Made by a program: the position numbers and the translations under genes. From Octopus sinensis (Eukaryota): a stretch of DNA of 64,000 bases. A model generated the notes under the pieces. That model made no database searches and was not told where the DNA came from. It saw only the letters and a program-made list of their open reading frames with translations. Where the stretch lies: positions 107,074,001 through 107,138,000 of the forward strand of contig NC_042999.1 of assembly GCF_006345805.1 (NCBI RefSeq). Reading direction: 5' to 3'. How positions within the stretch are numbered: the stretch's first letter is position 1; each line of letters starts with the position of its first letter. Below are positions 49,331-61,329 of the stretch, piece after piece.

Positions 49331-52300
49331 ATCAGCTCTAGTGAGTCACCATACAGCTTGCAAACCTGTGAACCTCAAGTGTGGAGGAAGAAATTTCTGC
49401 TTGCAGAATAAGGAGTAAAGAAGGATAAAGTATGAGGAAAAACCCCCACAACAAGCAGGTCTCTTGCTGAATGGGATACCACTAGAAGAAGAGAGAGTGG
49501 GGACGAAAGTGAAAATTTGTGACAATGTGTCTTAGTGAAGCTTCAGGGCACAAGGTGGTTTGCAATGAGTAGGGTAGGAGTGCCAGAATGGAGTGGGATG
49601 AGTATAGGATGTCTAGTACAGGATGACAGAACAGAGATAATGTTTGAGTAAACCAAGGGATGAAAGGGAGACGGTATGCAGTAGGGTATGTTGCAGTATC
49701 AGATGAGGAAGAGAGGCAAGTGCAGTGTGTGAGGAGGGTGGGTCAGGTGGGATAAGTTGGTAGCAGAGAAAGGAGGTGGGAATAATCAATGAAAGTATGG
49801 GTAGCAATCAGGTTTAATGGATGAACACTGGATAATAAGGAAAGTGGTTCTGGTTAGTAAGAGAAGTGATATTAAAGAGGAACTGCAGCTGGGGAGTTAT
49901 GAGTGGTAGGCATCTTGACAATGAGAAACTGCACCAATTTGTCATACAATGGGACTTTGAAGGTAACTCAATGGAACCACCCCCTATGCACGTACACACA
50001 CGCACACGCACATATATATATATATACAGATGCACAGCTCTGCTGGAGCTCAGTTACGCAAACATGAGCAGGTCTTCACAATAATGTTATTTAAAAATTG
50101 AACCAGTTGACCATGGCCAACTGTATAATTATATAAGTGAACCTATAACTGCATAAGTGATTGTTTATGATCAGTGTTATTACTATAGCCAACCTGTCTT
50201 TGTAAATGATATACTGATTTAAGATTTAGGACTACATTTATGAGCTGCTTATTTTGAAGACAATGAAGAAATTGTTTAAGAACATCAAGATGTTATATTG
50301 AGCAAATGGAGCAATTATATATAAAACTTTTGTATTATTTATGTTGAGTTTTAGTTAATTAATTCAAATTTGTTGATTGCAAGTTCTTGAAATACTTTGT
50401 GCAATACTACTGTCTTTGCTGTAACTGTTAAGTAGGGCTACTGTGTTGAAAGCATAGGAAAATTGGATTTCTAGTTGTAAACATCCTGTCTTAATTGCAT
50501 AGAATATCTTCAGAAGATTTAAAACATTAGAGTGGGATTCCTGTCTCCAAGGTAGTTTGGTATTTTTGTGCTTCATCTTTAATATTTGCATATGGATAAA
50601 ATTTGTGCATGAACACTGGACAAAATTCCTTGTAGTTTTTCTTCTAGCTCTTTATGTTCTAAGTTCAGATCCAACCAATGTCAGTTTTGCATTTCATCCT
50701 TCCAGCGTCTATAACATAAAATATCGGTCAAGCACAGAGGTCAATTTATTATTGGTTACAACTTTATACAATCCGAGTTAAAATCTAAATTTTGCATTGC
50801 CTTGCACCTTTCTGGCATTGATGAAATATATGCAAGTGAAATACTGGAGTTGATATAATCAACACTAAGTCTACTTAAAAAAAAAAGAAGCCTCATGCCT
50901 ATATAAGAAATATCATTATTTGTATTACTAAAAAGACTTTTAGATTAACTGAGTTGATGGAGCAGGCCCCACACATTATATAGTTAAACCTCAGAATAAT
51001 CTATGTTTAAATCCTGCCATTGTCTACTTTGCCTTCCATCATTATGGCATTTATAAAGTACCTGAATACATACTGAAGTTGATATAACTGATTTGTGCCA
51101 GTGTTAAGTCATAAGTTCCATTTCTCTTTTCCAGGCTCTAATTTTACTAAATATCATCTTTATATTTTCTCTTTCCGAAGTGAATAAAATAAATTATCAG
51201 GTATACTCTGGTGTTAAATCAATCCCCTACAACCTTCTCACTTCTTTTAAAAGTGCAAGAAATCAATATCTGGACTTGCTGGAACAAATATCATAAGGGA
51301 TTTTGTTTTAAACTCCTACAATTGGACATAAATAGATTTGATGGAATGGGTAACACTAATTGGATATCATGCTAGTGACTAGTGAACACATATGCATACA
51401 TGTGCATATACACATATATATTTATTCATTTATTCATGCATGTATATCAGTGTATAAAAACAGTTATATAATAGCACAAATTCTTGCATTTATAGCTACC
51501 AGTTGTGCATTACCTTAGATGGAAATATATGATAAATATTCCTCGTTTATGTATTATTACATAAAACTTTCTCAAACTTGTCCCACTCTCAAACATCAAA
51601 GCTATGTCTGCCTCTTACCTGAAGACAGAAACTTGAACAAATGGTTGGACAGTTAAAGAAAGTCTGTGCTCTTATGAAATTTGTAAAAAAAAAATGTAGT
51701 TTAATATTATCAGTTTCAAGGAGAAAACTTGTGCTATAGGTGTCTACATCTCTTTCTTTGATCTCCAACACTTCAAATATGAGATTTGTGAATAGTTTAT
51801 AGCTCAAAGATTCATTTAACCAAAACCAACTCTTGAAATAAATTAAGTTACTACATATTTGTGTTATCTATAAAATCAAATGGAAGTGTGTCAATGATTG
51901 GTGAACTGAAAACAAAGATCCAAATTCAGAGAATTTACTCTCATACTTCTCAAAGAATTCACTTAAAATATAACTCCACTGATATTATAACACGAAAAGT
52001 CTTCATGAGATTATATTTACATCTATTTTGAAGAACTTTGGTGAAGATGCTCATGAATTCCATAAAATGTTAATACTCAGAGATACAAATTGAGATTTCT
52101 TCCTCATGTACTTAAATATTGGGCAAATTAGCTCCTCTTCATGCACAACAAATTGAGCAAATCTGCTTGATGGAGCCCATCTAATTTAAAGCTACACCTA
52201 TAAAAGAATTTCAATACAGAAAACTCACCAAAATCTCCAGTGCTTACAACAATAAGCTATACAATGACCAGGGTAGATTTAGCACTTATGGGATTCAGGG

Positions 52301-52679
52301 CACTTCAGTTTTTGTGGGCCTCTTTTACACAAAAATTAAAATTCACAGAAAACCACCAAAATTTATACATCAAATTTCATTTATTGCATGTAACTATTAA
52401 GTTAGACATGGCCTGGACCAATCTTTGGTTGAAACATATCTAAGTCATCTAACTGGAATTTACAAATTATACAGACAATGGTTAAATGCAAAAATAAATA
52501 AAATCACTTAAGAACTAACCAGTTAAGCATAAATGTTAGATGGAAATATACATAGATATTTTATTGACATATTAATGGTAAATGCTAAAACTGACAAGGA
52601 CAAAGCTGCTGGAGAGTTTTTGACAAAAGCTTAGACCAAAGTGTATCAAATCATGTAAACCATAATAGAATATTTTCTT

Positions 52680-52835
52680 AAATTTATCAAAGGAGTTGTG
52701 GGGTAAAATGTTTGCTTCCTAACCACATAGTTCTGGTTTCAGTCTCACTGCATGGCAACTTGAGCATATATCTTCTACTTGGGCCTGCCAAGCCTTTTGA
52801 ATGGATTTGGTAGACAGCAACAGAAAGAGGTCCAT

Positions 52836-52845
<10 letters not shown>
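52680..52845 (+). mobile_element. SINE family B, 5' part
   Basis: GCTTCCTAACCACATAGTTC..TCAGTCTCACTGCATGGCAACTTGAGCA..GGATTTGGTAGACAG. Confidence 0.7.
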
Positions 52846-52871
<26 letters not shown>

Positions 52872-52977
52872 GAAATGAGGTAATCAGAAGATCGGATGGT
52901 TTGTATTTACAGATATTTATTTATATATTACATTTTTTATATATGTATCATATCACTTAGATCATTAGCGCTTTCTC

Positions 52978-53013
<36 letters not shown>

Positions 53014-53123
53014 GTGCATATATATATTCTGTTATGTCTGGGGAGAGTCATTTTCTTTTTGTGCCTTATAATATAACACACTCACCGGTAAAATTTCTAC
53101 TTCTCTTTTCTTATTTTTATTTT

Positions 53124-53163
53124 CCTAAAATTTTCGTTGCGTCTTGCACCCTTTTCAATAGTC
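53124..53163 (-). ncRNA. Degenerate minimal hammerhead motif, U3-A8 variant
   Basis: GACTA TTGAAAA G GGTGC AAGAC GCAAC GAA AATT T TAGG; palindromic AAUU helix III; helix II 4/5 bp; helix I 3 bp. Confidence 0.4.
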
Positions 53164-53199
53164 TTGACTCTATCCGTTATTTACACTGCGTTCCCTTTT

Positions 53200-53520
53200 G
53201 TTTGTTTGTGTGCATGTGTGTGGGTCAGTGTGTGTGTGTGCCCATACATGCATGCATGTACGTATGTATGTGTATGTTTGCATGCGTATGTATGTATTTA
53301 TGTGTGTGTATGCATATGTATATATGTATGTATGTGTGTGCATCTGTATGTATGTATCCTGCATATTTATGCACTTGCATGTCTGTGTCTGTGTGTTTTC
53401 TATGTATGTGTGTGTGTGAGAGCATGTGTTTGTATATGTATGCACCTCTGTCTCCTTGTGTGTGCATGTCACTGTGTGTGTGTGCGTGTGTTATGCAACT
53501 ATGTACCATGTTTGTATGTA
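53200..53520. repeat. Decayed (GT)/(GTAT) microsatellite
   Basis: Explains the C/V/M-rich ORFs at 52896-53558. Confidence 0.85.
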
Positions 53521-53754
53521 TGGATGTGCATCATCCACACATAGAACCACTTAGTTAATGTAGCACAATAATGCAAAATCTCATGGGTTATCACAGATCC
53601 TCCAACGACCTGAGCAAGACACATAATACTGTCCTTCTATTTAGTTGTTGATTTAGCTCTAAGCCAACACTGTTCAAGGAGACCTGTAATCAAAGATATT
53701 TCAGCTGTGAACCTGCCCTATTTTTAGAATTAACTGGATCAATACAATATCTGA

Positions 53755-53940
53755 TGAAATGCCATATATATAGTATTTCTTTTTGCTCTTTACATTCTGA
53801 GTTCGAATTCCACTGCAATTCACTTTGCCTTTCATCTTTCTGGGGTTTATAAAATGCTCTACTACACAAGTACTGGGTTTGAATGAATTAACTATTTTCC
53901 TCCAACAAATATAAGCCCTTCTGCCTATGTTAAAAACAAT
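53755..53940 (+). mobile_element. SINE family A
   Basis: CATTCTGAGTTCGAATTCC..CACTTTGCCTTTCATCTTTCTGGGG. Confidence 0.75.
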
Positions 53941-54742
53941 TATTATTACATTACCCAATATGGATCTTTTTTTCCCCCTAAAGACTGTATATTATAAGTT
54001 GAGAGAGATCCAGTAGATATTTCCTCACTCATTTTATCTGCTTGACTGACAGAAAGATTCTATTCCTAATTCATGGTTAAGTGGTCATCAACAGGAAGGG
54101 TATCCAGCTGTAAAAATAATTGCTTGAATGAATAGATACATCTTACCTATGCAAGCATGGAAGAGTGAATACAGAAGGGAATGAAACAGGGAAAAAAAAG
54201 GCATGCTTCAATATGACCTTCTCTTTGTTTACTTAGTTGAATACTATAAATTCTTGTTCCTCATTCTTATTCATGACATGCATTACTTTGAGCAGATATT
54301 TTACAGTTGAATATTTCCCTTAGATATTCAAACGTATGATTTAGTGTGGTATGCACACCCTACAGGGAGAAATGAAGCCAGTTTGTGTAATGTACCAAGA
54401 TTTGAAGGTGAAGGCTGCTATAGCTGGCTCAGATCTATCATTAAAAAAAACATTAATAAACAAGTTCTCTTAACATTTACTAAAGAATATTGACAAATAT
54501 ATATAACTCCCAAAACAGGAGTGTTCTGTTTATTAATAAAATTTATTTATATATCCTTGTAGCTATGCTTCCCTCTTACTGTCTTTCAATCTCTTTCTTG
54601 AAGATGGCTTTGCTGGCTAAAGTTTCAATGTCATTATTCTTGTTAAAGAACAATATATTTGTACACTGAAAATCTACGCAGTAACTCTTAAGATTAATTT
54701 TAAATTATTTATTATATCTGAACATTAATATATATATATATC

Positions 54743-55082
54743 TGAGACCACCTTCGGTCACGACACAGACCATGGGATTGCACCAAGAAAGTTACCTTCC
54801 CAGGCACAAGTCCGGGTAAGGTTGTTTATGGAAGACCAGCAGTCGTTCATGCATACCAGCCTCCCCTCTCCACGCCACTAGTGTTATCCAAGGGAAAGGC
54901 AACAGCAGATACAGCTTGGCACCTGTGACCTCGCACCTCATTTCCACAGCTGAGTGAACTGGAGTAACGTGAAATAAAGTGTCTTGCTCAAGAACACAAC
55001 ATGCAGCCCAGTTTGGGATTCAAGCTCACATCCCTACGATCATAAGCTTGATGCTCTAACCACTGAGCCATGCGCCTTCACA
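54743..55082 (-). mobile_element. SINE family C, full length
   Basis: rc GAAGGCGCATGGCTCAGTGGTTAGAGCATCAAGCTTATGATCG..; colinear with 62950-63294. Confidence 0.88.
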
Positions 55083-55754
55083 ATATATATATATGCACAA
55101 CATTAAGGATTCAGGAGAGAATCAGGTACTTAAATAGTAGGCATGAGGTTGGGTTGAATTAAATTGTAACCACCCACTTTAGTCAAATAAATGTACTGGG
55201 TACTGAAGTACATCTAGTGAAATATTCAGGTTATGCATACAGAGAATTTAACCCTTACTAGTATTTAATGCCTAGGAGCTGGTCCAAAGCACATGTTGTA
55301 TTGGTTGCACGGTGCTTGGTATACTTCAGGATGTGTGATGGGTCAGGAATCACTTTTGGTGTCCATGGATTATTCTCCTGTTGTTTGAAATTCTATGTAT
55401 CATCTAATGAAAATGGTTCTTAGCTATGATGTAATGTTCTCATCCACCTATTAAAAATGCATTAGAAACAGCTGTAATGAACTGACATTCATCCATCGTT
55501 TGTTATTTATTTATTTGCTTATATATATATATAACATAGCCATGAAACACGTGTCGTTATTCTACCAATTATATACGTTTTTATTATTTTTTGCAATTTA
55601 CTTAATCATTGAAATTTTATTGTTATTTTACTTTTAATATTTCTATTATATGTAATTTTCTAGATGGTGTAATTTAATTATTCATTTTGAATTGATAAAA
55701 GGTGTTTTTTTTCTAATTTTATATATATATATATATGTATGTATGTATGTATAA

Positions 55755-55970
55755 AGGTGGTGAGCTGGCAGAATCATTATCACACTAGACAAAATGCTTT
55801 GTAACTTTTCTTCCAGCTTTATGTTCTGAGTTCAAATGACACTGAGATTGACTTTGCCTTTCGTTCTTTTGGGTCGATAAAATAAATACCAGTTGAATAC
55901 TGGAGTCGTTATGATTGACTTATTTCCTCCCCTCAATTTACTGATCTTTTTACAAAATTTGTAATCAATA
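55755..55970 (+). mobile_element. SINE family A, full length
   Basis: GGTGGTGAGCTGGCAGAATC...GAGTTCAAATG..GACTTTGCCTTTCGTTC..GGGTCGATAAAATAAATACCAG. Confidence 0.85.
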
Positions 55971-55982
55971 TATATATATATG

Positions 55983-56141
55983 TAGGAGTAGTTGTGTGGT
56001 AAGTTGCTTGCTTCCCAACCACATGGTTCCAAGTTCAGTCCCATTACATGGTACACCTTAGGCAAGTGTCTTCTACTATAGCCTCAGGCCAACCAAAGCC
56101 TTGTGAGTGGATTTGGTAGACAGAAACTGAAAGAAGCCCGT

Positions 56142-56145
<4 letters not shown>
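55983..56145 (+). mobile_element. SINE family B, 5' part
   Basis: AGGAGTAGTTGTGTGGTAAG..CCAACCACATGGTTCCAAGTTCAGTCCCA..GAAACTGAAAGAAGCCC. Confidence 0.85.
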
Positions 56146-56186
<41 letters not shown>

Positions 56187-56799
56187 CATTGTGAGGATAT
56201 AAATACCTCTCAGAGGAATGTTAGCATCCAAGTTTCCCTGCTCTATCTCCAGTGTATCAGTGAAATACTAAAAAGATGTTAGCTTCTCGTTGATGCAAAT
56301 GAGTATACTATCATTTATGTATAAGAAAAGAAAATAGAGAAATCAAAAGATAGACATCAATTTATTAACAGAAATCCAATTTCAACCAACATCAATTTTT
56401 TTATAACCTACAATTATTTCCATGTTCAATTAATTCAAATATCAAATAATTGAATCAAATTAAATTAAAGACGTAATTTGAACACAGTGAATTGAACATT
56501 CCATCAGGGTTAGAAATTCACTGAAAAAAGAAATCATATCTCAATGGATCGAGTGATCATTGCCAGAGTCAGCATTAAATTCAGATGTGTGTGTTGTGTA
56601 TATTAATGAATTTAATGCTGAGTCTGGCAATGATCACTCAATCTGTTGAGATATGATTTCTTTTTTTCAATCAATTTCTAACCATGACAAAATATTCAAT
56701 TCACTGTATTCCAATTACATCCTTAATTTAATTCAATTATTTGATATTTGAATTAATTGAACATGATATTTGAATTAATTGAACATGGAAATGATTGTA

Positions 56800-57102
56800 C
56801 AGCTCTATATATAAGAGATGAGGAATTATGCACATTATTTAGATTACTTACATTATTTACATTTGATGGTCCTCATCTTGTTTGTTGTTAACACAACGTT
56901 TCGGCTGATATACCCTCCAGCCTTCATCAGCTGACATGGGGAAATTTCAAACATGGGTTCTCATTCCTAAGGTATTTTTCGATGTGGTTGTTATTATTAT
57001 TATTATTAGTATTATTATTCAGGTCACTGCCTGAAATTGAACTCGAAATCTTGGGGTTAGAAGCCTGCACTCTTAACCACTTCACCATATGTCCATGGGC
57101 AT
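56800..57102 (-). mobile_element. tRNA-headed SINE-like element carrying a hammerhead motif
   Basis: A-box TGGTGAAGTGG (57077-57087), B-box GAGTTCAATTT (57034-57044), (AAT)n linker, hammerhead; ATTGTA TSD (56794-56799, 57103-57108). Confidence 0.8.
56889..56936 (-). ncRNA. Minimal type I hammerhead ribozyme motif (helix I decayed in this copy)
   Basis: CTGATGA-A-GGCTG-GAGGGTATAT-CAGCC-GAA-ACGT-T-GTGTTA: intact core, perfect 5-bp helix II, palindromic ACGU helix III. Confidence 0.7.
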
Positions 57103-57574
57103 ATTGTAGGTTATAAAAATTGATGTTGCTTGAGATTGGATTTCTGTTAATAAATTGATGCCTATGTGTTGATTTCTCCATTTTCTTTTCTTATACATAG
57201 AAAAGAAGATAGGGTGTAATCTAAGGGAGAATCAACTATATCTGTTTACAGTTACAAGTAAATTCTTTTCTTGGTTATGGAGACTTTTCCAAATTTTTCG
57301 GTCTCTAATTATTTCACGAGAAATAAAAGCACTAAAAGAGTATGATGAAAAAATATTCTGTCAGCTTCTAGCTACTTTCTTGTTTTATTCTTTTATCAAT
57401 ATGTATGTTTCAGCATGTGGAATACAGTAAAATGATTGCTGAGCATAAGGGTTTGAAAAGTAGATCTAAAAGGTGACTCAAACATTGTGATGTGGATTGC
57501 CATCCTATAACTATTGGCTTTGATTTGAGGCCACTTGATTTTAATATTTCTATGTACTAAACAGTGAGGTTACA

Positions 57575-57750
57575 GAATGGTTATCATACTAGCATTTCAT
57601 CTGTCTCAATGTGTTGAGACAGGTGAGGTCGACTTTGCCTTTCATCCTTTTGGGGTCGATAAAATAAGTACCAATTGAGCATACTGGTGTTAATTGTAAT
57701 GGACTTATTCCCTACCTCGAAATCGCTGGCCTCATAACTAAATTTGAAAT
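57575..57750 (+). mobile_element. SINE family A, internally deleted
   Basis: GAGGTCGACTTTGCCTTTCATCCTTTTGGGGTCGATAAAATAAGTACC. Confidence 0.8.
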
Positions 57751-57779
57751 CAATATTTCTATGTACTGGTGATATATTT

Positions 57780-58350
57780 CTATGCATTGAACCATTATGG
57801 ATCTGAGGTAATCCATAGAAGTTACTATCCCTAATTCTGAAATTGCATAAATAGTTGATATTTTTAACTATGAAGGAGTCTGAGTATTGGTTAATTAATG
57901 CTCTGATTTTGTTTACAATTGTTTTCACTGAATTTTTTGTTTCTGCTTTATAGAAGATTTCAGCCATTAGTTATTCTAATATTTTATCTTTATAACAGTT
58001 TCTGTCCATAACTACTACCCAACCCTTGTTGGCTTCTTTAAGCATAATTGTGCAGTCGTTCTTCAGTGTTATGAAAATTTTGTTTATATTTGTGAGAGCT
58101 GAGTGGGAATTTGTATCTTATCAATATATCTATCTATATGCTTGTTACTCTCTCTCTCTCTAAGGAATGAATCTGAATTTATTTCTGACAGTTTAATTAT
58201 CATATTCATTCCTACAGCCAAAAAGTTCTGTAAGATGGAGGCAGCGACTACAATTTTCAATTTCTACTTTTAGTTCAACAAGGTTTGAAGTAGGTATAGA
58301 AGTGTGAAACCTCTCAGAAGAAGATCATCATTATTTTTGGTGAGGATAAA
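57780..58350 (-). mobile_element. Penelope-like RT N-terminal remnant
   Basis: LLRGF..PTSNLVELKVEI...LTELF; VVVMDRNCYKDKILE; NFYGLPQIH. Confidence 0.7.
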
Positions 58351-60147
58351 CTTGGTAAATTTATGATATTAGGGTCTGTATGTTCTGTGAATTTATTTAA
58401 GCTCTTTGTTTCACCAGGTCTGGGACTCAGTAATGGCACATTTTCCTTACAAAAACCCAAATGCATTTTACTCTGTGTACTAATGATTCTGTCAGCTTAC
58501 TGCCTTAGAGATTTGTAATATTCTCTCTTGTTTCTGGGGGTTTTGTTGTTTTTGCATGTAGGGATATACTCCATGTTCTATATTTGTATCAAGTTTTGTG
58601 TAGTGTCTGTTCCTTCACTGTCCTTTTTTAATGCCTGTTAGTCTATCAGGGATGGACTTTTGAATGGCACTCCCACATGAGTTGGAATTTTCCATTTTTA
58701 TGTGGCTTTTCCCAAGTTTTTTAGTATCTCACATTTCAAAACAATTAGTGAAGTTTCAAAAAATATATCTATCTTCTTCAAACGTCTTTCCTTCCCTCAC
58801 CACCCCATATTGCCTTCGTAACACCAGCCTCTAGCAGTTGGAAGAAAGGGAGAAAAAAATCAATTTTGTCATTTCATTGTGTTCTAAAGGCTGAAACACT
58901 TGTAACATACATTTTTTATTTAATTCTTAACTTCTCCTCTCCTTTTATTGTACAGATCACGATTCAGTTGAATTTTTTGTTACTTTTCGTGTTTTTCTTA
59001 AATTTTTTTTTATTACACATTTGTCATTCTGTGAAATCTTTTTTCCATTTTCTTAACAAATAGTTAAGAAACCATATTTACTACGTGTTTTTTAATTTTT
59101 TTTCACTCTAAAATTGCATAATTTTTCCAGTTTGTATAGAAAAATAATTCTTTAAAACAAAGATTAAACAAAGAGCAAAACAAGAATTTATTAAGACTTT
59201 TTTGATTCCAGTATTTGCGTTAAAGGTAAACTTGAAAGACTTTTCCCCATTGAGATGTTTCAACTCAGGGACAAGAAAGTAATGACATCCTTTCCACAAG
59301 GAAAGAAATATTCACTTAAAAAATGTATAAACACAAAGAAATGGAAATCAACATTATTGCCAACACATTAAATTTTACAAAGCATTTTTATGTTTCCCAC
59401 ACAAGTCAACAATCATGGATTAATCATCCTTCACTTCAAACAAATAAGATACTAGCAATTAGCTGCTACACTTTAGTCCAGAATATCTTTTATTTTTTAC
59501 TTGTTTCAGTCATTAGACTGGCCATGATTGGGCACCACTTTGAAGAATTTTAGTTGAACGAATCAACCCCAGGATTTATTTTTTTAAAGCCTGGTACATC
59601 TATCGGCCAAATATCTTTAACTGAAGCAACATATAGTGGGACAAAAAATTTCTTGCTCTCTCCTCTTCGTCATAGCAACAGGTGGTTGCTGCATTATTTC
59701 TAACAAAAATATTTTGTCTTGTGAGAGAGATGAAGAAATGGTATGTAAAATTAAATTTGATGGTAATTATGTCAACGTAAACACTAGTAAAATCAAGTAC
59801 ATCTTAATTCTTTCTTTGTTTTTAATTCCTTTAACTGTTGTGGAGTAAAGGAATTTTTTTTGCAAAATGGCAAAAGTGTGAAGAAAAAATAAATGAAAGT
59901 AAAGGAAAATAAAAGCAAAATATATCACTTTAATCGTGAAATGTATCACGAAGTGGAAAGGGTAGTATTTTTTCTAAATGCACATTACAAGTGCTTCAGC
60001 GTGTGGAATACAATAAAATTATGAAAAATATCTGAAAAGTAAAAAAAATTCAAGTTGTAACTGCTGTTCCAGGGGCGGAATGAGAGGTGAAACTGTTGAA
60101 AACAGGTTAAAAGACATTTTTTAAGTCTTCCTTCCATTGTTTTGAAA

Positions 60148-60360
60148 TGTTGATTTCAAATTTTTGGCATAAGGCCAACAATTTCGGGATGGGAGGATTG
60201 TCAATTACATCGACTCCAGTACTCAACTGGTGCTTATTTTATCGACCCCGAAGGATTAAAGGCAAATTCGACCTCGGTTGTATTTGAACTCAGAATGTAA
60301 AGAGGGATCAAATGCCGTGAAGCATTTTGCCTGGTAAGCTAACGGTTCTGCCAGCTTGAC
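60148..60360 (-). mobile_element. SINE family A
   Basis: Same core; short direct repeat TTTTGAAATGTT on both sides. Confidence 0.85.
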
Positions 60361-60429
60361 ATTTTAGTTTTTTTGAAATGTTAGATACTGAAAAATTTGG
60401 AAAAGTCTCCATAAAATTAAGAAATTCAG

Positions 60430-61260
60430 ACTTATGTCCACTGATCTTCGATGTTTGGCATACATAGTTAATTGTAAACTGTGGGTTTCTGAATATTCTT
60501 TGACTCCTATTTGTATCGTGATTCTTATTTTGAATGTTTTTTCCTCGTCTTTTCCTTCATATGTTTATCCACCCAGGGTATTTGATATTATGAGTTGATG
60601 TTTATTTTCCATATTTTGATAAGTCTTTTTTCGTGGAAATGCTACATTTTAGAAATGTAGGTTTTCAGTTTGTGTTTGAAGTATCCTTGAGGTCGTTACT
60701 ACGTATCTTTTTGGGTATTTGGAAAACTGGCATCTTTCTCTGGTTTTCATGAGATATTTTCATGTCTTTATTTGATTTATCTGCTTCTTTCCATTGTTGT
60801 GTTTCCATTATGGATTTTTTTCACATAGATTTCCTCGCAGTTATTAAACTACTTTTGGTGCATCTCTCATATTTTCATGAATTTTTTCCCCTCTTCTCAT
60901 TTGGCATCTTCTTTCCATAACTGTTGCAGTATTTCTTAAATTTGACTGTCACTTGGTTCGAAAATTTCAGCAAACAAAACCGAGTCTATTGTTTAAAACT
61001 TTTCTTCCTATCATACTTTTCCCGATTTAAGAGGTATTCCTGTGTCTAGATAGTATAACGCTAAATTTGCACGTATCACTGTCTCTTTCGAGTTTTTATC
61101 TTTTATTTCTCTAATGAGACATTTTCTGGTTAGAATTGGATTTTCATTGTTTCATCAACTTTGTTAGATATGGCAATGTTATCACATCGATTGCTTTTCC
61201 AATATGCACGTTTCCTTCATCCTGGAGTTTTTTTCAATGTTGTGATATGATTAATATTTG
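60430..61260 (-). mobile_element. Very old LINE remnant, possibly APE domain
   Basis: Fragmentary peptides (FPRKKTYQ..., ILQTQTENLHF) with many stops. Confidence 0.3.
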
Positions 61261-61329
61261 TTTTTAGGTTTCTTTTTACATCTTGTTAATTTTTCTCTGA
61301 GCTGGAAGGGTCTTTTGTTTGTATTCGTC

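Larger units (their letters stand above)
56316..57199. mobile_element. Foldback/palindromic element (arms about 270 bp, 23-nt loop) interrupted by a SINE
   Basis: 56316-56583 is the imperfect rc of 56607-56799 plus 57103-57199; loop 56584-56606. Confidence 0.85.
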
